Shown here: one piece after another, positions 29,083 through 40,077 of the stretch | Numbering within the stretch: position 1 is the first letter of the stretch | Layout of the letters: the number at the start of each line of letters is the position of its first letter | Source of the DNA: an uncultured Gemmataceae bacterium | GTDB taxonomy: Bacteria > Planctomycetota > Planctomycetia > Gemmatales > Gemmataceae | Assembly: GCA_963750165.1 (NCBI GenBank) | Contig: CAVVPN010000011.1 | Span: 1,376,001-1,440,000, forward strand | Reading direction: 5' to 3' | Length of the DNA stretch: 64,000 nucleotides | Made by a program: the position numbers and the translations under genes | The notes under the pieces: generated by a model | The model's database searches: none | The model's input: the letters and a program-made list of their open reading frames with translations, nothing else | What the model was told of the DNA's origin: nothing

Positions 29083-30444
29083 TTATGGCTGGCACTCTGG
29101 GATCAACCCCGGTTGCGTGAGCAGACCCGTCGCCAGCGTGCCGTCGGTGACGCGGAAGAAGTCCGGCAGCCGCTCCGCCCACCAGCGATTCGCCGCCGGC
29201 ACGTACTGCCGCGCGTTGGCCTCGATGGCCGCCACGCCCGGCACGTGCGCCGCCAGCCCCGCCGAGTGCAGCAGCGACGCCCCCGGACACGTCAGGTCCT
29301 GCACGCACAGGAACAGGCCGTACTTCTGCGCCGCCGCCGCCAGCAGCAGCGATTGCGTCTGCCCCTTGCACGCCTTCAGCGCCGCGCCGGTGTAGCCCAT
29401 TTCGCGGGCCAGCTGCAAACTTTCCAGGTCCACCAACGATTCGTCGATTACCACGGGGCGAATTTTGGACGCCTCGTGCATGACGTTGTGCCGGTGCTGC
29501 TTCAGATCGCGCGCCGTCGGCTGCTCGATGTACTGCACGCGCTCGAACGCGGCGGGGGCCTGTTCCTTGAGCTTCCGCAGAAATTCCAACAAATACGCGA
29601 CGTTGGCGCAGCGTTCGTTGAAATCGAGCGAGTAGACCCAGTGAGTGCAGCCACGGCGCCGCTGAGCCGCCGCGGCGACGCATTCGACACCGACGACGCG
29701 GTTCACGTCCCAGGCGAGGTCGTCACCGTTGAGCTTGATCTTGAGGTGCGTCAGGCCGTTGTACGGGATCCATTCCGCCAGCGTTTCCGGCAGCCCGTCG
29801 CCGACCGGCTTCGTCACATCGCCGGCGTCCAGCGGGTCGAGGGCGCCGACCAGGTGATACAACGGCATGCGCGGCTGCGGTTCCTTGCGGAGGTAGCGGT
29901 CGAGCGTTTCGCCCTGGAAGTCCAGGCCGAGGTAGTGGCCCAGATCGTGGCTCATGAAGTCGGGGCCGTAGGTGTGGTAACTGCTCATGCCGTGGAGCTT
30001 GCCGAAGGCGTCGTGCAGGGCCGCGTCGAACGGGCTGGCGCAGACCAGGGCGGCCAGCAGCGGCACCGGTTCGGCCAGGGCGAGGTCGCGCGTCACCTCC
30101 GCCGCGATTCGGCCAAAGCGGGGCTCCAGCTCGTGGGTGATATCGATGGGGTGGCGGTAGTCCAGGGCGTTGCCATACAGCGCGGCGAAGCGGTCGCTGA
30201 GTTCGCGCATGGCCCGGAGCGTGACCTCGTAGGGCAGAACGCGCGACGGGAAGGCCCAGACGTTGCTGAGCGGCATCGAGCCGACGCCGCGACCGACCTG
30301 ACCGGCGCGCGTGCGCACCTGGCACTCAATGTTAAGCAGCGTCACGCGGTCCAGGGCGACGCCGCCGAACTTGATCGGCGTGCGGTAGGTGTAGTCCTCG
30401 TAGCGGTGGCGGAGGTGCTCGACGCGGATGTCGGTGGGTTTCAT
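29083..30444 (-). CDS. Enolase superfamily enzyme (mandelate racemase/muconate lactonizing-like)
   Basis: LKIKL, LDFNE, YIEQP, IDES metal-ligand motifs. Confidence 0.88.
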   Translation of the reverse strand: MKPTDIRVEHLRHRYEDYTYRTPIKFGGVALDRVTLLNIECQVRTRAGQVGRGVGSMPLSNVWAFPSRVLPYEVTLRAMRELSDRFAALYGNALDYRHPIDITHELEPRFGRIAAEVTRDLALAEPVPLLAALVCASPFDAALHDAFGKLHGMSSYHTYGPDFMSHDLGHYLGLDFQGETLDRYLRKEPQPRMPLYHLVGALDPLDAGDVTKPVGDGLPETLAEWIPYNGLTHLKIKLNGDDLAWDVNRVVGVECVAAAAQRRRGCTHWVYSLDFNERCANVAYLLEFLRKLKEQAPAAFERVQYIEQPTARDLKQHRHNVMHEASKIRPVVIDESLVDLESLQLAREMGYTGAALKACKGQTQSLLLAAAAQKYGLFLCVQDLTCPGASLLHSAGLAAHVPGVAAIEANARQYVPAANRWWAERLPDFFRVTDGTLATGLLTQPGLIPECQP

Positions 30445-30801
30445 GGAGGACTCTCGGATAACCAGGCAATTCCAGGCAAACAGTGTCGCTTCCTCGAAGC
30501 GGGCAAGCCCTTGCCAGCGGTCACGTCCCAGCCTTATTGTCCCTGGCAATCCAGGCGGTGGCCAGTGGCTTGTCGTGCCCTTGAGGGAGCAATTGTGCGC
30601 CGGTTGGCGATTGCCAGGCCACAGAATCGGTATACTTTCATGGTAAGCCAGTTTCAGTTTCCGATCCCGGGTGAATACGCCATTCACATGAGTCGCAAGA
30701 ACCTGCCTGCGCCGGGCGTGAGTGAAACCGGGGGCAACGCGCTCTAGCTTATCCAACTTCGTGATGCAATCCCAACCATCGCTCCTTTTCCTGGTCCCGC
30801 C

Positions 30802-33033
30802 ATGCCGCGCATTACCCTGCTGACCGTTTGCTGCTTCCTTGTCGCCGGCCCGGCCCACGCTCAGGGGCAACCAGCCCCCGCGGCCCCGGACCACGGGCCG
30901 GTCCTGGCCACGTGCATGGAGGTGGCGCCGACGCGCCTGAAGGACACCACCAACCTCGCCCTGACCACCAACTACGTCTTCCGCGGCCGCGTCGTCAGCC
31001 TCAACCCGGAGCGCACCGTCAGCCTGTGCTTCGACACCGAGCACCTGCGCGTCGCCGGCGCCTGGGTCGGCAAGCCGGTCGCCTACGTCGCCAACAAGAA
31101 CATGGGGCCGAGTGTCGAGGGCCAGATGCTCTTCGCCACGCGGCCCGGACCCGGCTGGGCGAAGGATGACAAGTGGGACGACCCACGCCCGCACAAGGAA
31201 GGCCCGCTGCCGCGCAACTCGGCGCACTACCGCGGCTATTACCTGCACGGCGACCGCGTCGTGCTGTCCTACACGGTCGGCGACTGCGAAGTGCTGGAAT
31301 CCCCGTCCGCGGTCAGGGCGGGTGGCGTCCTCGCGATCACGCGCACGTTCAACCTCGGCCCCTCGAAGAAGCCCCTGTCCCTGCTGGTGTGCGAAGCCCC
31401 CAAGGGCCGCGTGCAGGTCAACCTGGAGCAGGGCATCAAGATCCCCGTGTTGAAGACGGCCGACGACCAGGTGCTGGCCGGCATCGTCGGGCTGCCGAAA
31501 GACGGCTACTGGCTGGGCCTCGGCGGTCGCCTGTACCTGGAACTGCCGGCCTTGCCGAAGGGCGCCTCGTTCCGGCTGGTGCTGGCGAAGACCGACAAGG
31601 TGGCCGCCTTCGCCAGACTGCTCCGGGGCAACGTCGAGGACCTGCGGCCGCTGACGAAGGGCGGCCCGGCACGCTGGAAGCAGACGCCGCAGACGAAGGG
31701 CACGCCGGCCCCCGCGGGCAAGGCGCCCTATGTCATCGATCACATCGACCTGCCAACGGACAATCCCTGGCGAGCGTCGATCCGCTTCGGCGGCCTCGAC
31801 TTCTTCCCCGACGGCCGCGCCGCGCTCTGCACCTGGGACGGCGACGTGTGGATCGTCTCCGGCCTGGACGACCGGCTGCAAAAAGTGCGCTGGCAGCGCT
31901 TCGCCAGCGGACTGCACCAGCCGCTGGGGCTGAAGATCATCAACGGCGTCATTTACACCGCCGGCCGCGATCAGATCACGCGGCTGCACGACCTCAACGG
32001 CGACGGCGAGGCGGATTTCTACGAGAATTTCAACAACGACTCCGGCCTCACACTGCAGCGGCACGAGTTCGTCATGGATTTGCAGACCGACAGGGACGGC
32101 AACCTTTATTATTGCCGCTCCGGCCATTATCTGCCGTCCAAGAAGGGTGATAACTGCTGCGTCTACAAGCTGTCGCCGGACGGCCGCAAGCTGGAGGTGT
32201 ACGCCCGCGGCTTCCGCGAGCCGAACGGCCTGAGCATCGGCCCGGACGGCACCATGATCGTCGGCGATAACGAGGGCAACGGCGTACCGCAGACGCCGCT
32301 GTATCGGCTGAAACAGGGCGCCTTCTACGGCTACACGCCATCGGTCAGCGGCGACCCCAAAAACGCCACCTGGAAGTACACGCAAAAGCCGATCGTCTGG
32401 CTGCCGCACGAAGTGGACCGCTCGGCCGGCAGTCAGGTCTGGGTCACCAGCGACAAATGGGGGCCGCTCAAGGGCCAGCTGCTGCACACCAGCTACGGCC
32501 ATTGCGCTCTATTCGGCGTGCTGATCGACAGGCAAGCGGAGCCGTGGCAGGGGGCGGCGTGGCAATTTCCTCTGGCGTTCCAGAGCGGCATCATGCGGGC
32601 GCGCTTCAGTCCCGCGGACGGCCAGCTGTACCTGTGCGGGCTGCGCGGCTGGGACACCAACGCGGTCAAGGACGGTCAGTTTTGCCGCGTCCGCTACACC
32701 GGTCAGGCGGCGGCGCTGTCGGTGGGCCTGCGCGTCGTCAAGAACGGCGCGGCCATCACCTTTTCAGCCGCGCTGGACCGGGCCGCCGCGGAGGATGATC
32801 AGAGCTGGGCCGCGGAGTGGACCGGCAAGGCGGGCCAGACGGGACGCAAGGCCGGCAAGCAACCGGAGTTGTCCATTAAGGCGGTGCGGCTCTCGAAAGA
32901 CGGCCGCACGGTGACGCTGGAGTTCGACCGCGTGTTGCCGGGGATGAATTTCACCGTGCAGTACCGGCTGAAGGCCGCGGACGGCACGGCGGTGAACGGC
33001 ACGCTGCACGGCACCATCCACCGCGTCCCGTGA
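30802..33033 (+). CDS. Secreted PVC-type beta-propeller protein (DUF6797 / sugar dehydrogenase-like), without CxxCH
   Basis: Signal peptide; FASGLHQPLGL, RLHDLNGDGEAD, GFREPNG, DNEG motifs. Confidence 0.75.
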   Translation: MPRITLLTVCCFLVAGPAHAQGQPAPAAPDHGPVLATCMEVAPTRLKDTTNLALTTNYVFRGRVVSLNPERTVSLCFDTEHLRVAGAWVGKPVAYVANKNMGPSVEGQMLFATRPGPGWAKDDKWDDPRPHKEGPLPRNSAHYRGYYLHGDRVVLSYTVGDCEVLESPSAVRAGGVLAITRTFNLGPSKKPLSLLVCEAPKGRVQVNLEQGIKIPVLKTADDQVLAGIVGLPKDGYWLGLGGRLYLELPALPKGASFRLVLAKTDKVAAFARLLRGNVEDLRPLTKGGPARWKQTPQTKGTPAPAGKAPYVIDHIDLPTDNPWRASIRFGGLDFFPDGRAALCTWDGDVWIVSGLDDRLQKVRWQRFASGLHQPLGLKIINGVIYTAGRDQITRLHDLNGDGEADFYENFNNDSGLTLQRHEFVMDLQTDRDGNLYYCRSGHYLPSKKGDNCCVYKLSPDGRKLEVYARGFREPNGLSIGPDGTMIVGDNEGNGVPQTPLYRLKQGAFYGYTPSVSGDPKNATWKYTQKPIVWLPHEVDRSAGSQVWVTSDKWGPLKGQLLHTSYGHCALFGVLIDRQAEPWQGAAWQFPLAFQSGIMRARFSPADGQLYLCGLRGWDTNAVKDGQFCRVRYTGQAAALSVGLRVVKNGAAITFSAALDRAAAEDDQSWAAEWTGKAGQTGRKAGKQPELSIKAVRLSKDGRTVTLEFDRVLPGMNFTVQYRLKAADGTAVNGTLHGTIHRVP

Positions 33034-33164
33034 CGATTTTCGGGCGTTCGTCAACCTGGCGTGGGTTCCTGGGGGAGTCACCTGGCCACACGGCGCGCCT
33101 CCATCTCACCAAATGTGACAACCAACGGCACCCGTTGTCACGTCACCCCCGCCAGCTTCGCGTG

Positions 33165-34553
33165 CTAGCTCTGGGCAAACCGCAGCCGCTCCTGATACTC
33201 CAGGTAGCCGCTCAGCACCAATGCCAACCCGCACGTGCGGAAGTCGCCCTCGGGGATCAGCGCCACCGTTTCGCGCAGCGGTGAGGTCGCCTGCCAGCGC
33301 CTGCGCCCAGGCGATGCGACACAGGCGCACCCAGCGCGTGACCTCGATTCCGGCCTGGCCTTCCGGCAAATACTTGCCGTTCAGCTTGCCAGTGTTGTCC
33401 GCCCACCGAACCTCCTCACGCTCCAGCCGGGCTTGCTTGATGGCCGGCCCGCCCTCCGTGAGCGCCCGCCGCACACGCAGTAACGCGGCCAGCATGGCCT
33501 GGGCGGCTTCGCCAAACAGGGGCCGCTGCCAGATCATGTGTACCAGCCCCGTGATCCGCTCGTCCGGCGCGCCTCCTCCTCTTCGCAACACTCCAGTAAC
33601 TCTTCCCAGGGTTCCGGCGAATAGGGTCTGGCCTCGTCCTGGTAGCCGTGCTCCCGGGCGGCGGCGACCTTGTTCACCGCCGTGGTGCGCGACGCCTTCC
33701 CTTTGATGCCGGCCGCCACCTGCTCGGCCGCGTCAAAGTCTCCCCGCCCCGCCAGTGCCTCGGCCGCCACCACTAGCAATTTGCCTTGCTGGGCAGCGCC
33801 CTCGTGGGCCTGAGCCGCCTGCACAGCGCCCTCGGCATCGCCCGCCCAGGCCAGGTCGCGGGTCAGGAATTCCAGCACCGGATACTTGTCGCCCGACTTC
33901 GAGATGGCCCGGGCGCGCTCGACCGCCCGCCGCAGCGTCTGCACGAACGGCGACCGAATGCCCTGGCCGCGCCGCGCCGCCTGGTTGCACAGCCAGTTGG
34001 CGTCCACCGTGCTGTGGCCGGAGCGGCGTTCGGACACCACCCGGACGTTCGCGAAATTGCCCACCTCGATCTCGGCCTGCAACAGGGCCACGCGCTCCAG
34101 GGCCCGCGCCGACAGTTCGGCGTCCTCCAGCGCTTCCACCGTCTTGATCGCCTCGGCGAAGTCGCCCCGGCAGCCCAGGGCGTGGCCGACCTCGACCAGC
34201 GTTTTTTTGGCAGCGAACAGGCCGGTGGCGGGGATTTCGCGGGCGGTCTGCCGGGCCGCGTCCGCGTCGCCCCGTTCCGCCAGCGCCAGCGCCACGGCCC
34301 GCAGCGGTCCCCGGCGGGCCGAACTCTTGACCCGCGTTACCAGGCGGCGGGCGTCCTCCACCGCCCCCACCCGGGCCAGAGCGTGCGCCACCGTGGACAC
34401 ACCCAGTTGCTCGTGCTCCAACAAATCCATAAGGCCCGAGAAGTACGTGAAGTCCGGGCTCACTTTTTCGGCAAGTGGCCGCAATTCGTCGAGCAGGGCT
34501 TGCGTCTGATCGTCCCCGCCGGCGCGGCTTTTGGTAGCAGCCGTTCTGGCCAT
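33165..34553 (-). CDS. Hypothetical alpha-helical repeat protein; two apparent frameshifts (~33570, ~33273)
   Basis: ORFs 33534..34823 and 33106..33591 plus a third frame (ETVALIPEGDFR...FAQS*) join into one helical-repeat protein. Confidence 0.6.
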
Positions 34554-34649
34554 GGTTTCCCTTTCGTTCCCGGAGAAGAAATGATACCGTGCGGCCATCC
34601 TACGAGGTGCAACCGAAGCGGTCACCCCTGAGCAAACGCGGGAGGGAAC

Positions 34650-34825
34650 ATGAGCGTGCCGGAGGAATTGCTGCAAGCCTTCGTCAAAAACCCGGAGACG
34701 AGGACCGCTGGCTCGCGCTGGCGGACTGGCTGGAGGAGCACGACGACCCGCGCCGCGCCGAACTGCTACGGCTGCACCGCACGAGGATGACAAGAATCCC
34801 AGCGTCGTCGGCCGCATCGCCATGA
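34650..34825 (+). pseudogene. Truncated TIGR02996 (repeat-companion) domain gene
   Basis: MSVPEELLQAFVKNP / DEDRWLALADWLEEHDDPRRAELLRL, one frameshift, then an early stop. Confidence 0.75.
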
Positions 34826-34850
34826 GTTTGGGTTGAGAACGGAGATAAAA

Positions 34851-34905
34851 TCAGGGGGAACAGAATCATCAAGTCAGGGTTGTCTTGATGATTCTGTTCC
34901 CCTGA
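34851..34905. repeat. Inverted repeat hairpin between convergent genes
   Basis: GGGGAACAGAATCATCAAG ... CTTGATGATTCTGTTCCCC. Confidence 0.8.
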
Positions 34906-34936
34906 GTGTAGCGGCGCTGGCGACAATCGCCTGGCT

Positions 34937-35976
34937 TCAACGGCTGCCCGGGCCGCTCATGCCCATGAGGCCGCCGTTATAGCCGCTGCCCATGCCGCCC
35001 ATCGTGCCCATGCGGCGGCTGGGGGGCAAGAGGTTCGGGACGACCTGGAACTCAAAGGTGGCGTGTTTGGTCCCAGGCGCCTCCTGCGGCAGCGCGTCGG
35101 AAGTCTCCCACGGCACGGTGCAGGCCGGGGCGGTCGCGCTCGTCACCGTGGTCGGGCAGCCGAGCGCGGACTGCGACTCGGAAGCCGGCACGGGCGGCAT
35201 CACCGGCAGCGTCTGCGGAGCGGGCGTGCAGCGCGGGGGTGTCGGGATCGGTGCATACTCCGACGGCATCGACGGCCGGATACCGCAGGGCGGGGGCGGC
35301 AGCGGCTGCTGCGGCTGCTGCGGCGGCACGCACGGCGTCGTTGTGGTGATCGGGTAGGCGATCGGCGGCACCGGCATCGGCTGGCTAATGTAAGTCGGCA
35401 GGGGCGGTGGGCCCTCCGGGGGGCCGTACTGGCCGTATTGGTAGTAGGGGCCGTAGCCGTACTGGTAGTTCGGGTAGTATGGGTAGTGCGGATACGGCGA
35501 ATAGACCAGCATCTGTCTGTGCAGCATCTGGACTTCCTGCTGCAAGATGTCGAGGCGGCGCTGGAGCATCTCCATCTGCAAGCGTTGTTCCTGCTGCGCC
35601 TGCTGCTGATCCGCGATCATCTGCTTCAGGGCTTTATGGCACTTCTCCAGCTGTTCCGCCGGGATCTTGCAGCACGCAGAGCCGACCAGGCAACAGGGGG
35701 GAGTGCCGGAGCCGACCAGGCAACCGTAGGGAGTGCCGGGGCGCAGGTCAGCGGACACGGTGTGTTGGTGACCGACGGCGGGCCACACGACTGAGCGTTC
35801 GGGCACGTGCTGGTTGCCGCATGGGGGATCGGGTGTGGCGAGGTGCGCGGCGGTTGCGGGGGCTTTTCTTCGACCGTCTGGGCGAGCGCGACCAGGGTCC
35901 AGGAAAGAGCCAGGGCGAACAGGGCCAGGCGCAGCAGCCAGGTCAGCGTGCGCCACTGGGCTTCGCGTCGAAGCAT
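34937..35976 (-). CDS. Secreted Pro/Gln/Tyr-rich hypothetical protein with a coiled coil; apparent frameshift near 35680
   Basis: SD AGGAGG and ATG 35976, signal peptide in one frame, coiled coil and Pro-rich tail in another; ~30-bp tandem duplication at 35681-35740. Confidence 0.6.
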
Positions 35977-36077
35977 GGGTCGTCCTCCTGCCGAGAGGTG
36001 GGGCCGGGTCCGGCGACCCGGGATCGGCAGGGCTGATACGAAATGGGCGCGGGTGTGTAAAGGCGGATCGCCCGCGG

Positions 36078-37520
36078 CGGGTGCCCCTCTGGATTTTGGC
36101 ATCGGGAGGTGGTAAAGCAGCCGCCCAAGGAATTGGGGTTCTTTGGGAGGGTTGCCGATGCCGACGTTGACGATCGAATACCGCGATGAGAACGAGCGCC
36201 TCGCCCTGGAGCAGGCCATCGCCTCTGTCGCCCAGTTGCGCCAGGTCGCCTTGACCGCCCCCGACGGCACCGTCCTGGCCGCCTGCGAACGCCATGCCCT
36301 GACCGACGGCCGCGCCCTGTTGCGCTCCAGCTTGGCCAGCGCTCTGGACAGCCGGATCGCGGCCGCCGAGCAAAAAGGGGGGCTGCCCGCCTCTGCCCCA
36401 AAGCGCACCCCGGACGGTCCAAAGGCCGACACCCGCGCACCGTCCTGACGGCCGTCGGCCCGCTCACCGTGCGGCGCACCTATTTCGCCTGCGCGGCCTG
36501 CGGTCAAGGCGACTTCGGCGCCGACGGCGTCCTGGGCCTGGACGGCTACGTGACGGCCGGCGCGTGCCGCATGGCCTGCCTGCTGGGGGTGCAACAGTCG
36601 TTCGCCAAGGCCGAACTGGCACTGGCGGAGGTGGCCGGCTGGGAGCTGGACGACAACACCATCCGGCAGTTGTGCCACGCCACCGCCGCCCGCGCCACCG
36701 CCACGCGTGACGCGCGCGCCACCGCCGCGGCGTTCGCCCAGGCGGCGGGCGACCTGGAGTTGCAGATCGACGCGGGCAAGGCCAACACCCTGGAGGGCTG
36801 GCGGGACGTCAAGGTCGGCGTCTTCGGCCGCCGGGAACGCGGCCCGGCGACCACGGCGGCCGACTGGGACGAGCGCGACCTGCCCGCGCCGCAGGTGCGC
36901 GCGGTGGTGGCCGCGGTGGAAGAGGCGAGCGCCTTCGGCGAGCGCTGCGCGGCCGAAGCGGCGCGGCTGCGGTTGACCAAGCCGCAGGAGTTGAGTGTCC
37001 TGGGCGACGGTGCGGAGTGGGTGTGGAACCTGGCGGCGCGGCACTTCGCGGGGTGCGTCGAACTGCTGGATATCTGGCACGGGGCGGAACACCTGGCGGC
37101 CGGCGCCAAGGCCGCGTGCGGCCCGACCAACCCGGAGGCCAAAGCGGCAAGCGCAACGCGGCAAGGAACGGCTGTTGGCGGACGGTTATGCAGGGGTGAC
37201 GGAGTGGGTGGGCGCGTTGGCGGGGCAGGTGATGGTCGGCGGCGACGGGGCGGCACTGGGCGGGGTGCTGAACTACTTCTGTGGCCACCAGGGGCGGCTG
37301 AACTACGCGCTGCGGTTGCGGCGCGGGCAGTCGATCGGCAGTGGCCTGGTGGAAGGCTCGATCAAGCAGTTGTTGAACAAGCGGGTCAAGCAAACGGGGG
37401 CGCGCTGGAAGGTCACGCATGTTGGCCCATTCGTGGAACTGGGGGCGTTGGCGGCGGGTCCAGAATGGCAAGCCTTCTGGGAGAACAACTGACCACCGCC
37501 AAATTCCAGAGGGGCACCCG
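36078..37520 (+). mobile_element. ISKra4-family insertion sequence
   Basis: Terminal IRs CGGGTGCCCCTCTGGATTTTGGC / GCCAAATTCCAGAGGGGCACCCG (one mismatch), flanking direct repeat CCCGCGG (36071-36077, 37521-37527), transposase inside. Confidence 0.9.
36158..37492 (+). CDS. ISKra4-family DDE transposase; -1 shift at A5G6 (36372-36382) and a second shift near 37142
   Basis: TAVGPLTVRRTYFACAAC, QIDAG, LGDGAEWVW, LDIWH, IGSGLVEG, RVKQTGARW. Confidence 0.88.
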
Positions 37521-37595
37521 CCCGCGGACTTTGCTGGCGCTGGCGGTGCGCCGACCAGTGCCGTGCTATCACGGGTTACCTCGGGAGGTAGGATT

Positions 37596-39299
37596 GTGGC
37601 ACGACTCGGTCGCATCACCGTGGACGGGCATTCGGTCGCCGTCGATTACTCGGGCTGGCTGAGTGAGCAGGAAGCCTACCGCGTCACGCTGACCCTCCGC
37701 GGGCCGTGGCTGCCCCACATCCTCGCCACGCGGGTCGAGGTGTGGCTCGTGGGGACCGGGGACACGCCGCGCGACCTGACGCTGGTGACGCGGCCGCCCG
37801 GGAAGTTCCTGCCGGAAGCGAATGGCGCTGCGGCGATGATTCGGGCCGTCTACGTCTTCAATCGTGAAACCTGTTACTGCGATCCGGCGGCGGTCGTTGT
37901 GGCCGTCGATGGTGTGCCGAAGGCATTTCCGTTGCCGGAAGACACGGGTGGCGTCAACCCGAAGGTAATCGCCGCCTGGAAAGCGGCCGGGGCCATCTTC
38001 AAAGCGACCGGGTTCAGCTATCACGGCGAGCCACCGATGCCGGGCTTCAATGTCTACAACATGGAGTTGCCGCCGGCGCTGGAACTGCCACTGCCGGAGG
38101 TGCCGTTCGGGCTGTCCTGCGATAATCGCGAGGCGGGCGCGCTCTCGAAGCTGCCCGGGTTGACGCGGGCCACCGTGTTGTGGCTTTTCCGTGAGGGGCC
38201 GCTCGCGACCACGGACCTGAAGACCCTGGCCGACCTGAAACGGCTGCGGAGCCTGTCGGTGAGCGGCCATCTCGGCGAAGCGGAGGTCAAGGGCCTGGCC
38301 CGGCTGGAGCAGGTGCAGGAACTGCGGCTATCCGACCGCGAGGCGGACGACGCGAGTGTGCAGCGGCTGGCCCGGCTGAAGCGGTTGCGCACGCTGGCCC
38401 TGGGCAACTCGTGCAACGTCACGGACGCGGGGGTGCAGGCCCTGGCGCCGTTGCGGGAACTGCGAGTCCTGGACCTTTACTGGGTCACGGTCACCAACGT
38501 GGGCCTGCAGGCGCTGGCGGGGATGACGGAGTTGCGTAGCCTGTCCCTGCGGTGGACGAAGATAACGGATGCGGGGCTGAAGGAACTGGCCGGCCTGACG
38601 CAGCTGGAGTCGCTGGACCTGTCCAACACCCAGATCACCGGCGCCGGCCTGGCGGAGTTGGCCGGGCTCCAGCGGCTGCGGAGTCTGAACCTGTACAGTA
38701 GCAAGGTGGACGACGCCGGCATGCGCGGCCTGGCAGGGTTGACGGGGCTGTGGTCGCTGGACCTGTACGGTGCGCAAATCACCGGCGCGGGCCTGCGGGA
38801 GTTGGCCGGCCTCAAGCAACTGCAAACCCTCAATCTGAACAGTAGCACCGTCCCGGACGCCGACTATCAGGAACTGGCGCCGCTGAAACGGTTACGGGAA
38901 CTGCACCTGAGCAGCACGTTGATCGGCGATGCGGGCCTGAAGGGGTTGGCGGGACTGACCGAGTTGCGCTGCCTGGTCGTCGAACACGCCGCGCTCACCG
39001 GCGCGGGCCTGAAGGCGCTGGCCGGGCTGCAAAAGTTGGAACGTCTGCACCTGCACGAGGTCCCCGTTGGTGACACGGGGCTGAAACACCTGGCCGGGCT
39101 GAAGGGGTTGCGCGTGCTGTACCTGTACAACTGCGACATCACGGACGCGGGCCTGAAACACCTCGCCGGCATGACCTGGCTGGAGAAGCTGGACGTTGCC
39201 GGGCACAGTTACGAGGTGTTGACCAGGGCGGGCCTGGCGGCGCTGCGGCGGGCGCTGCCGTGGACCTACGTCGTTCCGCACGGCCGGGAAAGTTACTGA
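37596..39299 (+). CDS. Leucine-rich repeat protein (24-aa ITDAGLKELAGL-type repeats) with a unique N-terminal domain
   Basis: More than a dozen LxxLxL...TDAGL repeats; SD GGAGG and GTG 37596. Confidence 0.9.
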   Translation: MARLGRITVDGHSVAVDYSGWLSEQEAYRVTLTLRGPWLPHILATRVEVWLVGTGDTPRDLTLVTRPPGKFLPEANGAAAMIRAVYVFNRETCYCDPAAVVVAVDGVPKAFPLPEDTGGVNPKVIAAWKAAGAIFKATGFSYHGEPPMPGFNVYNMELPPALELPLPEVPFGLSCDNREAGALSKLPGLTRATVLWLFREGPLATTDLKTLADLKRLRSLSVSGHLGEAEVKGLARLEQVQELRLSDREADDASVQRLARLKRLRTLALGNSCNVTDAGVQALAPLRELRVLDLYWVTVTNVGLQALAGMTELRSLSLRWTKITDAGLKELAGLTQLESLDLSNTQITGAGLAELAGLQRLRSLNLYSSKVDDAGMRGLAGLTGLWSLDLYGAQITGAGLRELAGLKQLQTLNLNSSTVPDADYQELAPLKRLRELHLSSTLIGDAGLKGLAGLTELRCLVVEHAALTGAGLKALAGLQKLERLHLHEVPVGDTGLKHLAGLKGLRVLYLYNCDITDAGLKHLAGMTWLEKLDVAGHSYEVLTRAGLAALRRALPWTYVVPHGRESY

Positions 39300-39339
39300 C
39301 CCGGCTGCCCGGCTGAGACCAGACCCTTCTCAAGGGCGC

Positions 39340-39369
39340 CTCGTTCCCACGCCGGAGCGTGGGAACGAG
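39340..39369. repeat. REP-like hairpin CTCGTTCCCACGC...GCGTGGGAACGAG
   Basis: Perfect 13-bp stem downstream of the LRR gene. Confidence 0.75.
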
Positions 39370-39532
39370 AGGCAAAGCGCGATCCCGTGAACATTTCCGC
39401 CAAATTCCCAGCGAAATTAGTTGCCATCACGCCATTTCCAGTGATAATGGCTCTGACTCGCAGGGCGGTTCGCACCGACCGCCCACAACCATATCCAAAA
39501 CGCTGATCCACATCCGCGAAGGAGACCCGGCA

Positions 39533-39990
39533 ATGGCGACCGTCCGCGAGATTCTGAACAAGAAGGGTGCGCACGTACACACGATCGACCAGTCGGCGAG
39601 CGTGTTGCAGGCGGCGTTCCTGATGAACAAGCACCAGATCGGCGCCCTGGTCGTGCTCGACGGCGAGCAGGCGGTGGGCATCTTCAGCGAGCGCGACCTG
39701 CTACAGCGCGTCGTGGTCGCGCAGCGCGACGTGACCACGACGCCAGTCGCGGAGGTGATGACCACTGAAATGTTCTGCTGCACGCTGGAGACAAGCATTG
39801 AGGAAGGCGCGGGGCGATGAAGAATCGGCGGATTCGCCACCTGCCGTTGCTCGACGACGACCGCCGGCCCGTGGGGGTGATCTCGATCGGCGACCTGAAC
39901 GCTCACGAGGCGTCCGGCCAGGAGCAGACCATCCACCTCTTGCAGGAATACCTGTACGGCCGCGTCTACGCGCCTGGCCCTCGGGGGTAG
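39533..39990 (+). CDS. CBS-domain pair protein; apparent frameshift near 39810
   Basis: IGALVV, GIFSERD, RIRHLP, GVISIGDL; the stop is the TAG of the adjacent REP. Confidence 0.88.
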
Positions 39991-40046
39991 CGGAAGTCGC
40001 CAGACTTCCGTCCGGTGCTCCTCGGAAGTCTGGCGACTTCCGCTAC
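39987..40046. repeat. GTAG-type REP doublet, family B
   Basis: Near-identical to 23838-23897; lies between the convergent CBS gene and bluB. Confidence 0.92.
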
Positions 40047-40077
40047 CCCCTCACGCGCTGGGGCTGGCTCCCAGGCT

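Noticed and set aside
30445..32502. Apparent 1139-aa ORF 29083..32502
   Set aside because: Only 29083..30444 is the enolase-family gene; the rest is antisense to the 30802..33033 gene
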